Shown: positions 39,301 through 52,412, numbered from the stretch's first letter. The stretch is DNA of 64,000 bases from Lama guanicoe (GCA_013239625.1 MU054323.1:13997950-14061949), one strand, 5' to 3'. Translations and numbers: made by a program. Notes: generated from the sequence alone by a model not told the origin.

Positions 39301-42300
39301 AGTGACGTTAAATGGGTCTCTAAATTTGTGGTGTGCCCCTGTAACCAATATTCACCTTTCTAATGTGGAAGCCCCTATAAGGGCCATGTTCCTCCCCCCA
39401 ACCCCACCCCAAACCTAGAATAGTGTCTGCTACTAAGAAGATCTCAAAGGTTTGTTAAATATGTGAGTAGAGGTTTGATTGATAGGTGGACTGTATTTTA
39501 TCGATCTATTGGTATATATTAGAGTAACTCCCACAGATGAATTATTCCCACTTGTAAAGTCAAATCTTTTTCTAAAATCCATCTTTTTCCTTTTCTGTTC
39601 TGTTCTTCGATTGAGCCTTTCACTCTGCCAAGTCAGGGCCCAAAAGCCTAGCGCTCTCAAGAAGGTGTCACTGCCCTGTTGATCCTCCTACCAAATTCTT
39701 CTAGCCTTCCAGCTCTCACACAGCCTAGCATTGTCACAGACTGTTACATAGCTTTTAAAACTGATACTCAGTGTCAATCTTCCACAACAAAACAAATATT
39801 AAAGTTCATACAGATTCACAGAGTTTCTATTATATGTGTACCTGCCCTTTCTTTCCATTCCTTCGTCACGTGGCAGAGGTCAGAGACAAGCTGCATGTTT
39901 TACGACTGTAAGGAGATACGAAATAGGTTTAACCTGCCTTTCTTGTCCGTCTCCAGGACACAGAGTACATTACTGCTTAGAAAAGATTTTTTTCTTGAAC
40001 TCTGTGTACCATGTGGATGAAAACAAGGGAAGTGTGATCTTGGCAGCCTGAGACACAGCTAAATACAAAGAGGAGAAAACAAAAAGAAATGTACCTTTAG
40101 TGTTTAAAAATCACTGTTGGTATTGAAAACATAGGACTTGGAAGGAGTTTATAAGACAAGGAGAAATATGCACCCCATAGGAGAGCTTGCCTATTACTCA
40201 GTTTTCTCCAAGGAAATGAAAATGACAAATATCATCACAGAATAATTATGGCAAGAAGAAATCATAAGAGTGGATAGATATAATTAGAAATTTTTCTGTG
40301 ATCTACACATCATCAGTAATAAATTTTTAAGTTATACGACTTTTGGTTTCATTTTACACTGAGCCCTTTCTGTCCAATGTTTATAGATAAACTTCTTCCT
40401 GAAATCCTCAAATTTGCTGCCATTATGATGAGATAGGAAGAAAATAGTGCTGACATACCATACCTGTGCTGTACCCATAAGTAAGGCATAATTCTGATAA
40501 CCATTGCAGATACATAAAATAGCCACAGCCACCTCATGAAAGATTGAGAAAAGAATAGTGTTTATTTTACATAAAAAGTCATTTTAGTGGAAACTTATAT
40601 CTAACTTCATAATAAAATTAACACTAGAATGAAGCCTATAGACTTAAAAGAGAGGCCAGGGTCACATTCATGTTGTGAATGTGGAATAGAAAAATGTTAC
40701 TCTTCTGAATTGCAGAGACTCAGTGATGCTGAAGAGTTTCTTCAGGTGTGGCAAAAAAGTATAACTTACCCTTTACCTTTATAAAACTCTGATGTCCTCT
40801 CCCTTGAAGTATTTAAAGAATGCATGCAGATTGCATGCAGATTTTGTTACCTCACTCTAGAATCAAAATAACTCAAGTGGGAGTTAGTCAAAGAATATGA
40901 AACAAAATTATTAAGAGAAGGAAGTGTAAATTTGTATAAAAAAGCTGCTATCAAAGTCAAAACTTAATGGTTAGAACTTCCCATTTTCAAAAAATAGAAG
41001 TTAAGATGGATAATTATGTGAGGGATAAAGAAACCTTTAAAATTAAAAAATATGTATATATAATAAAATTAATCAAATCTTGGATGATGATCTGATATTA
41101 AGGATCTCTCTCTTGAAATTCAAAAGAAATTCATTTATATCCATTAGTAATTAATTTATGATCTAGGACACCATGAATTTTAAAATAAAGGCTATAAGTG
41201 GGTTTAGATAAGATTTTGGAAAATTTAATACATAATGAAATTTATTATGAGGTGCATGCTATTTTGGAAATAACCTAAACATTTGCTACTAATTCAAGGA
41301 GTACATTATTCTCCTGTACACGTAGCACATACTTTGGTGCTTCTGTCAGAGGAAAAAGTCACTGAGCTGAATAGACTAAGGAACTGTCCTAGTGAGGTGT
41401 TTATCTTTTTAACTGAACTTATAATTTAGGAAATTATGACACTAAGTGTGCTGAAATATGGAAAATGTAAAGAGCATTATTCCCTGTAGCTGTATCTCTC
41501 TCCCTGCCCACAGCTGGCTCTAGACTGACCATTGGATGGAAAAGATTTAGAGATAATTACATGCTAGTTGAGCACAGGATAATGGATCCATACCATAGTT
41601 AGCTTCAGAGAAAGAAGGAGAGATCTTTCTTCCCTTCTTAGAAAGTGTGGACGTAATCCATTTCTGTGCAAGTGCCTGGATGGAGAATAGACATTTGAGT
41701 CATTTCACATAACAGACTTTGTTGTATAACTGAGCACAGATGTCAAAAGATTTTCTCTAATATCACATGTACAGATTTTCTGGAATTTCTGACTGATTTT
41801 TTGAGAAATACATGAAAATTTAAAAAAATTATCTTTTTACCTGTTTATTTTGATCTTGCTTGCATGAATCTAATTCTTGAAGGCAGACACTCATCTCCCA
41901 ATTTAATTCATGTATCCATATTTACTGAGTGTCTTGTTGTGGAAGGCAATATTCTACATCCTTTTAGACATGCTAGCTTTACTTCCTGTCAGTTTTAAAA
42001 CCTGCTGAGAATGAGTTTAGGAATTTCAAGGGTGATCAGTGCATATCAGCTTCTTCTGTTCTTTTAGAATGTTCATCTGTGTCTCAGGTCTTGCTACTAT
42101 TTCTGTTTCTCAGATGCCAAGACTCACTTGATTGCTTCAACTTCCTCCTAGAAGTCTGTATCATGTTTCTAGATCTCTTTACTTCCTGGGAATGAAGATT
42201 AGTGTTAAGCTTCAGGAAGAGTCCCAAGATTTCATCTAGAGTAAAAACTTCTGATTTTCTGACAGTTCCAATAGCACAACATCAGAACCTACTTTAGGGG

Positions 42301-42454
42301 TTCCAGAACCCAGGACCCACTTCAGTTTTTAGAATGTGAATTTAGTCCCTCTCTCTCCAGAGTATGATGAGTTTAGCTTTTGCACTCCCTCTCCATCCCT
42401 GTGAAATCATGTGTCAGTGTTCAGGCTATAGTTTAAGCCTTCTATATTCTTGAG

Positions 42455-42621
42455 CCTTTGAAAAAAAATCCTATTGGTATGGAATGAGTACCTACCTACC
42501 TGGCATCTGCAGCAGCCTGCCTCTTCATGAGTATTTTTCTTGACCTTTGAAAAAAAATCCTATTGGTATGGAATGAGTACCTACCTACCTGGCATCTGCA
42601 GCAGCCTGCCTCTTCATGAGT
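42455..42621. repeat. Tandem duplication, 89-bp period, 2 copies
   Basis: 42455-42532 and 42544-42621 are identical over 78 bp. Confidence 0.97.
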
Positions 42622-42849
42622 TTTTTCCAGTGTCTGCCGGTAGTGCCCTGCTCAGTGACAAACCTACTCTTCAACCCCTGACTTACTTCTGTCCTTGAGA
42701 ATCACCTTCTGTTTCTGTTGAGTTCGGTGTAAACTGACAGCCACAGACACAGAGGATGAGGTACACATCATTCAGCTGAAGACCAGTTCTTCTACCTCTA
42801 GTTTGTTTTACTTCCTTATTCTTCAGGCACCTGCATTGTTGATAATCCA

Positions 42850-42995
42850 TTTCTCTTTCCTATATCTTTTGTCATTACTTTTCTGTTTCCTTCTTCTCTC
42901 CCTTCTTTTTCTTTCCCTTCTTCCTATTCCTCTTCCTTCTCTCTCTCTTTCTGTTCCTCTTTCTCTTGTTCTGGCCCTCCCTCTCCCTCTTTGTC
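42850..42995. repeat. CT-rich low-complexity tract
   Basis: Near-pure polypyrimidine stretch. Confidence 0.85.
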
Positions 42996-43059
42996 TCCTG
43001 AATCCTTATCTTCAGTCTATAAACATTCTCAAGTTTCTCTGATTCTGAAACAAGCAAAC

Positions 43060-43900
43060 AAATAAAAAAATTTTAGACCTAAAATTCTCTTGATCCTATA
43101 TACTGCTTTAGCTACAATCCAGTCTCCTCCCTATAGAAATATTTTTAAATTGCATTTCTCAGCTTTCCTCTACTTCTCAATCCACCGCAATCTGGCTTCC
43201 AGTTTGAACCCTCTACTTAAATGACTCAGGCCCCTTTAGCAACAATTCTGCAATTATCAAATTCAAGGAGGACTTTTGGGGGTTATTTTCTTTTACTTCT
43301 TGATACTTCCCTGATTATATGTACCAATACTTCACTTCCCACCTGTCTCGAAAGTGTTGCTGTCAACAAGGGCTCCATTTTTATCCATAATGACAAAAAT
43401 GTATTCTTCCTGGGTAATTTCATCTACACTCACAGTTTCAAATACTACACATACTAAGATAACTCTTAAATCATGTGTCCTTTCCAGATTTCTATTTTGA
43501 TTTATACACAGCCATCTGAAGGACATCTTTACCTACAAGTTTTATAGGTTAGAATGGCCATATGACTTATTGCTCAAAGCAAGGGGCTTTTGTGAGGGAA
43601 GAGGGTGCTATTACTAACTAAGCTAGGACAACACATAAATCAGCACAATTCAGGCAAACCATGAAGAATGAGCATCCTTACAGGTATCTCAAGCTTAGAG
43701 TGTAACACAGTAGTAAACTAGTCTACTCTGTTTCATACCTTACCTTCCTCTTATATTCTCTATGTTATTTTCTAGTACCACCAACCATGTGGTCATCCAA
43801 GCAAGAAACCTGAAAGTAGTCTCTGATTCCTTCTTCTCTTTCACCCCATTCCTCTGACTTTACCTCCTGAATATTACTCGAATGTGTCTGTTTCTCTGTA
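43060..43900 (+). mobile_element. L2 remnant interrupted by a MER94-like MITE
   Basis: caatccaccgcaatctggcttcc, catctacactcacagtttcaaatac, catccaagcaagaaacctg. Confidence 0.65.
43550..43679. mobile_element. hAT-Blackjack MITE (MER94-like)
   Basis: ~130 bp resembling the recalled consensus (...gagggtgctattactaact...ggacaac...ggcaaacc). Degenerate 8-bp TSD ttataggt/ttacaggt. Confidence 0.7.
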
Positions 43901-44929
43901 TATTTATAATTAATCAACATGGCTTTAAAAATGTTGAAAAGTAGAAATTCATATAAATGTAAAATGTTATTTTCCTCAATTTAGTTTTGTTTAAAGTAGG
44001 TATTTTCAGATGCATTATTTTAACTCATGGTTTGAGGAGCCTTAGCCTACTTTGGGGAACTTTGGTCTCCTATTGACTTGGCATGATAAGCTTTTCATGG
44101 TCAGGTGATTGTCGATATCAGCATTTTCCCTTTCTCCCCTGTTTACCTAACACCATCTAAATAAAGGTAATTGCAAACAGCTTGATGTAGAGGAAAAGTG
44201 CAATTTTCCCCAATGGTCTCCCTGACATTTTCTTTGCCTGCTTTTCTTGTCTTCCTTTTTAAGGCCTCCTGGGACTTCTCCCAGGAGAGGCAATTATTAT
44301 TGGTATCGATTTTAGTTTGCAAGCTCACTCTCTAATATGCCAGTGGGTAGCCCCAAATTAGTAAATAATTACATATTATACCCAAACACTGTTTGTCTTT
44401 TTGCTGTAAGTTTCACAGCCCCAGAGCAAATTAATCTTCTCCTTGTATGCTCTATTACCTATAGTAAATACATCACAAAATATAGTAGAAAGGGAAAACA
44501 AAACCTTTGGTCACAAGAGTAAAATGGTCAACAGACAAGTCTGATTACTAAGTGTTGAGGCTTGTCTATGTTTCCACATCTAGAAAACACACTGTAGGAG
44601 GCAGACTTAAGTTACTTTTATCTACATTTTCCTTTGATAAAGAATCTTATTAGCAAATGAAATAATTTTAATAAGGTAGTAAATATAACACAGACAGCAT
44701 ATTATTCCTTCTTTCAATTGTTATCAGCAATAATTGACCCAAGTGACTCTATTTTTCCAGCACAAAATCTAAAGCTTTAACTTCTGTGTGCCCATTTTCT
44801 TTGTCTTCCCTTTGATTCCAAAACAAAGTTTCTCCTTTAATCCACAGCTCGTCTCTCCACCCCTCCCCACTGGCCCCAGGTCCCATAGTCACCCTCTCTC
44901 TCTTTCACACCACAAATTGCCTCCCCCTT

Positions 44930-45760
44930 CCCCATGTACCTCTCTCTTCCTTAGTCTTCTCCATCTTGGCAAGTGGCACCAATATCTACTTATTCATAGG
45001 AGTCATTCTTAACTTGCCACTTCCCATCATCTTCCAGCATCCAAATCATTCTGAAAATTTTGTTTCCAAGGAACATCTCGAAACTATCTGTTACCCCATT
45101 TTCCATATCTCTCTAGACTGAGCCACCAATCTCTCTTACCTGGACTTTGTTGTTTCCGTGTTATTTAGACTTTACATTACAGCCAGAGGAATCTTAAAAA
45201 TGTAAATCAAATCATATAGCTCCCTTGATGCAAACTCTGAAAAACCTTCTAATACAATTCAACTTCTTACCATGGCTCTACCAGAGCCTCTTAGTCCTGC
45301 ATGATCTGCCTCAGACTTTGCTCATCCTCAGCTCACATCACACCCTCCTAGCTTGTTTCTCTCCAGCCATATTGGCCTTCTGTTTCCTGAAAACATGCTA
45401 ATAATAATGCTGCAGGTGACCCAGTGTGTTCCTACTGCCTTCAAAGCTGTTCCTCAGCTTTTCGCAGAGCTTCCCTTTGTCTTTCTCCAACTCAAATGTT
45501 ACCCTCTTAGACAGACTTTACTGGTCACCATTTTCAAAATGATTCTTTCTGTGGCCATCCACAGTTACTCTCTCTTATGCCCTCCTGCCTTATTTTCTTT
45601 ACGACACTTATCAAAAACTATAATTATCTGATTTGCTATTTGATCACTCATTTTATTGGCTTTTTTGCTCCCATTTGAATGTAAGCCCCTAGAGAGCAGG
45701 GGCCTTGTCTTTCTTGTTACTAGTGTGTCTTCAATGCCCAGAACAATACTTGGCACACTG
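44930..45760 (+). mobile_element. L2 3' region
   Basis: ctctcttacctggact, cagccagaggaatctt...gtaaatcaaatcat, gaatgtaagcccctagagagcaggg. Confidence 0.75.
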
Positions 45761-48544
45761 ACAACTCTAGGCCCTGGTGTGAATGGCCCCTATAGAGCTT
45801 TTCAACATGGCATCTCTAAGTCCACATTTCTTTTGGTTAACATGATATAACTTTTTGTGTGTGTGCTTTTGAGTTTGTACTTCAGCTGAACCTTTTCCTT
45901 GCTTTAGTCTTATCAAGATAATGAGCTTGGCATTGTATTGAAGGAAAAAAAACAAAGGAGGTGTGCAGAGTTCCCATGACTACCGTTTCAAAATCTGAAA
46001 AGTCTCCACACTAAGAAATAAAGTGGATTTGAAAAGAATGACTAGTTCTTAGGAATTTATTAGATCTATAAAATTAGAACCAGAAAAATAAAAAATTCAA
46101 TTGAGTGGTGTACTGGTCTAGGTGGAAAGTTGCAAAGCTATATAATAAAATGGTAGAAGGAGGTAAAGATGTGACTCAAGTACAGAAAATTGGGTTACAT
46201 TACCACCTTCCTTCTTTAGTTTAAGAACTCTAGGATGAAGTGCCCAAAAATGGCAGTCAGCCTGACAGTTGGGAAGGTGAGAAAAAAATCACTTTGCATA
46301 TTTATAGCTCTGGATCTTATATATCTGGCTTATATTTCTGGTCCTTAAATGATCTTAACCTCCTGAGAAGATGTATAGGGTGATATAATTGTTTCCTTAA
46401 CATACTTAACCACAGGAAGATTTAGGATTAGACATACAGATGACTGATAGAATCATATCTATAGCATTATTATTTTTGTGCTAAGAAGGAATTTGTCCAA
46501 ATTTGGTATTTTAGCTAGCTGTAATATTAAAGAGGATTGGCTTTTTCAAGTAAAAAATTAACCTTGTGATTCTAATTTAAAATGTGTCATTGAGTACTTG
46601 CTTTAGACTAATAATTTACTAAAATTATGTATTGTATTGGGAAACAAAATAATTTAAGAATCATCATATTTACAGTTTTAATTCTGCTGGTTTTATTAAA
46701 AGCATTAGGGGAAATATTATTTTATAAGTTAGCCAAAGTACTTAAACAGGAAATGAAATATATTAAATTTATGAATGCAATTTAAAACATTGATAGTCTT
46801 AAGTTTATAAATGTGATCATTGTTAAAAACTTGCTGGAAATAGAATGAAAAGATTTGTATGTTGGATGTAGAGCTTAAGGACAAAAGTGCGGTTTTGAAT
46901 ATCAGAAGTAAACCACTAAATAATATTTTTGGAACCTAAAAATTACCCTGGAGATATCAAATCTAGTGAAATTGGAGGCAGAAAGAGATCTGCACTTGAA
47001 GTAAAGAATTTCTTCTGTTAGAAAGATGAGATGGAGCCAAATTAAGTCACATTGTTAGATCATGTGTAACAGACAATGAAAAGTCAGTGTAATAAGAAAT
47101 TCTGAGTTAGTCTTAGCGCTCAAACTTCGTTCACTGCAGTGTTGTCTGTGACACTCAGGTAGTCTATAGACAAGTAGGAAATTTCTAAGTTTATCTGTTA
47201 ACAGCTCTCATGACCAACTCACTACCGCAGGCACTCTGTACTTTTTTCATCTTCACTGAAAACTTGCAGGGTTGGTACTGTTACTCCCATTGTAAGTGAT
47301 TTTAAACAGTTAAGTGCTTTACATCGTTATACAAAACTACAAAGTCACAAAAGCAAGATTTGAATTCTGCCCTTTATAAATCTAAAGCTTATGTTCTTTT
47401 CAATGAATGCAGTTGCTAATGAATTAAAGCGTTATTAGGCAGAGTAAGAACAATTATGATTGGCCTTTTTTTGTAAGTCAGTGCCTTGACCTTGAAGTAT
47501 CAACTGCCAGACACTCAGATAGATAGTTGGGTAAACTTTCTAAGGTGAAAGAATGAAAATAATAAAAGTGCCTTTATCACCCTCAAATTGTACCGGGTAG
47601 GTAGACACTTAGGCAGTTTATTGTTGGGATTTGCATTGTGGGTTTTTTAAAAAATATTTTTTATAAACACAGAATAAACCACTACACTCTGACAATATGT
47701 CAAATTATGATGGCAATTAATTAGTACTTCAGAAACCTCTGTAAATCCTACGATATGTGAGAGAGAGCTTCAGTAATTCTCACTATTTTACAGGTGAACT
47801 GGCCAAGCGGGATGTGTGTGTGTGTGTCTGTCTGTCTGTCTTTTGCAGGCTTCTGTGCAACCTGTGTTAGCAATAAAGTGTGAGATTGGCATTCAATCCG
47901 TGTGGATTGGGACACTGGCCTTTGTCATGGGCAGAGCAAAGAGTAATTAGCATTTTTGAGGTTTTCCTGGTTAGGTCCTGACCTATTAAAGAGAGTCAGC
48001 TGTATGCTTGATGCTTTTCTGGGGCTATAGAATAAGACTGACTTTCAGACTATATTCCAATTAAATTATGAATAATGAGTAACAGCAGTTTTTTAAAAAT
48101 ACCATGACAAACTCACCCCCAGGTCATTTGTGTTGGATTCACCATGACCCTCAAGTAGTACTAAGGTGGAAAGACACTTCGTGGGTCAGCTCCTCTGAGC
48201 TTTCCAGACACAGCATCTCAGGGTAATGAAGATAGCATTCAGATTATCCTAGAGGATGGTCACATTGAGCAGTCATGCTGAGTGGCCTAGCCATTGGCCC
48301 CTACAAATGTTATTTCTTGAGAATACCAAAGGAGTTATTTCTTTCCTTTACTCTGGCTTCTGATTTATATAGAGTGCAACTCTGGCATCAATGATAGAAT
48401 GAAAGCATCAGATCAAACTGGGAGACATGAAGAATGATAGAGGTGACAGAAACACAAGGCTTTAAGGAATGGGGCAATAGAGTACCTGAAAATTTTTCAA
48501 TAGTCCAAACCTAGAATTGCTTTTCACTAAATTCTGAGAGAAAG

Positions 48545-48622
48545 TATGGGTTAGTGGATAAGTGCACAGATTTTGTCACCACATTACCTGGATTCAAGTC
48601 CTGGTCCAGCCACTTATTAACT
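48545..48622 (+). mobile_element. MIR SINE 5' part, truncated
   Basis: tagtggataagtgcacagatttt...acctggattcaagtcctggtccagccacttattaact. Confidence 0.65.
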
Positions 48623-48681
48623 ATCAAATTATGATGGCAATTAAAATAAAATAAATATTAGTTGTTATTTTCACCTGTCAA

Positions 48682-49072
48682 TGTGGCCTTTGCAGATGTA
48701 ATCAAGTTAAGATGAGATAATGCTCAAATTAGATTGGGCCCTAATTCACTGTAACTAGTGTCTTTTTAAGAGGAAAGAGACATAGAGACACATACAGATA
48801 GGAGAGAGTGCCACGTGATAATGGAGGTAGAGATTGGAGTCATGCAGCTGCAAACCAGAGAATGCCAAGGATTCCTGGTGGCCACCACTGGAAGCTTGGA
48901 AGAGTTAAGGAAGGATTTTACTTAGAGTCTCAGAGGGAACATGAATGTGCTGACCATTTGATTTCACACTTTAAACCTCTACAGCTGTGAGAGAATGCAT
49001 TTCTGTTGTTTTAAGCCATCCTAGATAATGGTAATGTTTTATTTTTTACAGCAGCCCTAGTAAGCTGATACA
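48682..49072 (+). mobile_element. MaLR LTR (MLT1C/D-like), 5'-truncated
   Basis: ctttgcagatgtaatcaagttaagatgag...ggaggtagagattggagtcatgcagc...ctgtgagagaatgcatttctgttgttttaagcca...cagcagccctagtaagctgataca. Confidence 0.85.
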
Positions 49073-49194
49073 CCTGGGTTTTAATATTTGACAAACTTGG
49101 TTAGGAAAGAGGAAAAAAATCCTTTTGCTTTTTAAATACATGTAAATGCATTGTCTTTTTATTTCAGATACTGAGTGGTAGTCTCATCATCTTT

Positions 49195-49340
49195 TGACAT
49201 TTCAATGCAATCCGATTCAAATCCCAGCAGATTTTTCGTAGAAACTGACAAGCTGATTTTACATTTTATATGGAAATCCGAAAAGCCTAGACTAGCCAAA
49301 CAATTATGGAAAGGAAAAATAAAGTCAAAGGACTACTTAC
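49195..49340 (+). mobile_element. Old L1 ORF2 fragment
   Basis: ttcaatgcaatccgattcaaatcccagcagattttt...gacaagctgatttta corresponds to the post-RT 'FNAIPIKIP' region. Confidence 0.75.
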
Positions 49341-49361
49341 TAAAGTAATCCTGGGGTCTGT

Positions 49362-51825
49362 TGGCATCCCTGGGATAAATCCCACTTGATCATACTGTAT
49401 GAATTTTTCAGCGTATTATTAAATATGGTTTGCTACTATTTTGTTGAAGATATTTGCATCTCTATTCATCAGGAATATTGTGCTTTAATTTGTGTGTGTG
49501 TGTTGTCTTTTACTAGTTTTGGTATCAAGTAATTCTGGCCTGGTAGAACAAATTTAAGAGTGATCCTTCCTCTTTAATGTTTTGGAATAGTTTGAGGAGG
49601 ATGGGTATTAACTCTTCCTTAAATGTTTGTTAGAATTCACCTGTGAAGCCATCTTGTCCTGGATTTTTGTTTGTGGGGAGTTTTTTGATTAGTTATCAAT
49701 TTCACCACTAGTGATCAGTCTGTTCAGATTGTCTGTTTCTTCCTGATTCAGTCTTGGAAGATTGTATGTTCCTAGGAATTGATCCATTTTTTCTAGGTTG
49801 TCTAATTTATTGGCATACAATTTTTTATAGTAAATCTTATAATTCTTTGTATTAAATGCTGTTGGTCGTTAACTTCTCTTTCATTTCTGATTTTCTCCTC
49901 TCTCTTTTTTTTCTTGATCAGTCTGGCTAAAGATTTATCAATTTTGTTTATATCTCCTTCAATTCTGAATGATAACCTTGCTAGGTAGAGTATTCTTGGT
50001 TGTAGGGCTTTTTTTTTTTTTTTGCACTTTGAATATATCATGCCACTCCCTTCTGGCCTGTGAAGTTTCTGCTGAAAAATTAGCTGATAGTCTTACCTGA
50101 GTTCCCCTGTATGTAACTAGTTGTTTTTCTGTTGCTGCTTTTAAGAGTTTCAATTTTTATTTTTTGCCATTTTAATTATAATGTGCTTTGGTGTGGACCT
50201 CATTGAGTTATTCTTATTTGGGACTCTGTGCTCCCTGGACCTGGATGTCTGTTTCCTCTCCCAGGTTATGAAAGTTTACAGTTATCATTTCTTCAAATAA
50301 GTTTGTTTCCCTTTTCTTTTTCACTTTTCCTTCTGAGACCCCTATAATGTGAATATTAATAAGCTTGATGTTGTCTCCAGAGTCCCTTAAACTATCCTCA
50401 TTTTTCTTAATTCTTTTTTTGTTCAGCTTGAGTGATTTCTACTACTTTGTCTTCTAGATCACTGATCTGTTCTTCTATATCATGTAATCTACCATTGATT
50501 CCATCTAGTGTGTTTTTCATTTCAGTTTTTGTATTCTTCAGCTTTGATTGGTTGTTTTTTATTTTCTAACTCTTTGTTAAAGTTTCCACTCTAGTCATCT
50601 GTCCTTTTCCTGAGTTCATTAAGAATCTTTGTGATCATTACCTTGAACTCTGTATCAGGTAAATTGCTTATTTCTCTTTTTGATTTGTTTTGTTTTTTTG
50701 TTTTTGTTTTTGTTTTTTTTGTCTTTTTTTCCCTGAGATTTTGATTTATTCTTTCACTTGGAACATATTTATCTGTATCCTCATTTTACGTAATTCTTGA
50801 TGTTTATTTCTTTGTATTAGGTAGGTCTGTAACATTTCCCAGTCTTGGTGAAGTGGCCTTATGTAGGAATTGTCCTATGAGGTCCAGCAGCGTACTCCAC
50901 CAGAGTCAGATGCTTCAGGGGTGTTTCCTATGTGGGCTGCAAGCATCTTTCTGTTGTGAGGGGCTGACAGCTGCAAGTGTGCTAGTGCATGTGGCTGGCC
51001 TCTGGCCCAGCTGGCTGCAAAGTTCTTCCTTTTACAGTTGCTGCAGGTATGCTGGTGGGTGGGACAGGTCCCTGACACTGCTAGATGAGTCCTGCTCATG
51101 CATGATGGCTGCAGGGACATTTGTAGGTGGCCTAGGCCCTCAGTGTGACTGGCTATGCCTGATGCCTAGTGAAGTGCAATTGCTCTGAGTGTTGTGATGG
51201 GCTCCAGGGATAATTTCAAAATATTGCCCATCAATACCAGTATCAGCATGGTTCAAAATCACAAAATTGGCTTTCATCAGCAGCTTAGTCTCAGCTGTCA
51301 CCTGCCTCTCCAGGCGACTCTCAAAAATAATCAAGTGGACCTCATCTTAACATCTTTCAAAGTACTGTCTGTCACTGTGCTTGGAGCAAGTGAGATCTTG
51401 TGTATGCCCTTTGAGAATGGAGACTTGGTTTTCTGCAGTTCTCTAGCTCTCCCAAATGTAAGCCCCACTGACTTTCACATCCAGACAGTTTGAAAGCTTA
51501 TCTTCCTGGTACCCGACCCATGGGCTGGCGAGTTCGATGTGGGTATTGGACTCCTTACTCCTCAGGGAAGACCTCTACAGTTGTGATCTTCCTCCTGGTA
51601 GGAGGTCACTGCACCAAGGGCGTGGATCCTGTTAGATCACATCTCTGCCCCTCCTAGCCATTTCTTTGTGGCTTCTTTATATGAATCTTTAATTGTGGGA
51701 AATCTTTCTGCTTTCTTTGGGTGTCTCTCAGAGATAGTTTCTCCATCAGGAGTTGTAATTTTGTTGTGCCCATGGAAGAAGGTGAGCTCTGCATCTTCCT
51801 GTTTTGCTATCTTGATCCAGACCCC
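49362..51825 (-). mobile_element. Older LINE-1: 5' UTR (~1 kb), ORF1, internal deletion, part of ORF2; 3' half missing
   Basis: Sense 5' end GGGTCTGGATCAAGATAGC...GAGCTCACC. ORF1 ATG at ~50784, ORF1 peptide LKAATEKQLVTYRGTQVRLSANFSAETSQARREW, and ORF2 peptide INKIDKSLARLIKKK. Confidence 0.9.
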
Positions 51826-51834
51826 AAAGTATCT

Positions 51835-52070
51835 TTAATGTTTGTTATAAGTGTAGATATCTGAAGCTTCAAATTTCCTTTCGTTTTCTTGCTTTTTTAT
51901 CCCGTTATCTTCAGGTTTCCCTACAAACTTCTTAAATAGAGCCTGGTCCTTTCAGTTCTTTTGGGTATAATCCTCTGTCATTATACAGAAGCCCTTATAG
52001 TAAGGTGTGGGGAGGGAATGCATTCTATAATCTTACCATTAGGTCTTAGTGTTTTAGTGACCCTGTTTCA
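51835..52070 (-). mobile_element. Ancient L1 (L1M-type) 5'-region fragment
   Basis: Resembles the recalled old-L1 5' sequence (aaggtgtggggaggg...ttctataatct...attaggtct). Confidence 0.5.
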
Positions 52071-52074
52071 CAAA

Positions 52075-52412
52075 CTTCCTTTGGGCTACTCCTAGCCAAT
52101 GACTAAGCAGGGCAGGGATAAGACAGGCCCATTTCTTAGAAATAGAGAAGTTCTCTGAAGGGTTACTTTGGATCAAGGACTTCCACTGTGTTTGTCAAAC
52201 TTCCCTGGAACTGCACTGCCTTCTAAGACTTCCATTCAACCTCCCTTCTTCTTCCTTTCCTTCACAAAGGCCAGACTAGGATGTGGTCTGACAGCCCTCC
52301 TGGCCTCCCTCATGTCCCCTCTCAGTTCCCTTCATAACCATTTCTTCTCATAAATCTGTTCCACATTTAATCCTGTTTTGGCATATACTTCTCAGAGGAC
52401 CTGAATTAACAC
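52075..52412 (+). mobile_element. ERVL-class solo LTR (LTR16-like)
   Basis: Ends ...cataaatc...ttggcatatacttctcagaggacctgaattaacaca, similar to LTR16 3' termini. Confidence 0.6.

Noticed and set aside
40821..40843. Short tandem duplications (tgcatgcagat x2; also ~6487-6513 and ~7145-7170)
   Set aside because: Ordinary slippage-scale events.
42455..42621. CRISPR-like repeat-spacer array
   Set aside because: Only two long adjacent copies in mammalian DNA; a simple tandem duplication.
49195..49950. Twin-priming 5' inversion
   Set aside because: The fragments converge rather than diverge, there is no poly-A, and the plus-strand piece looks like an older family.
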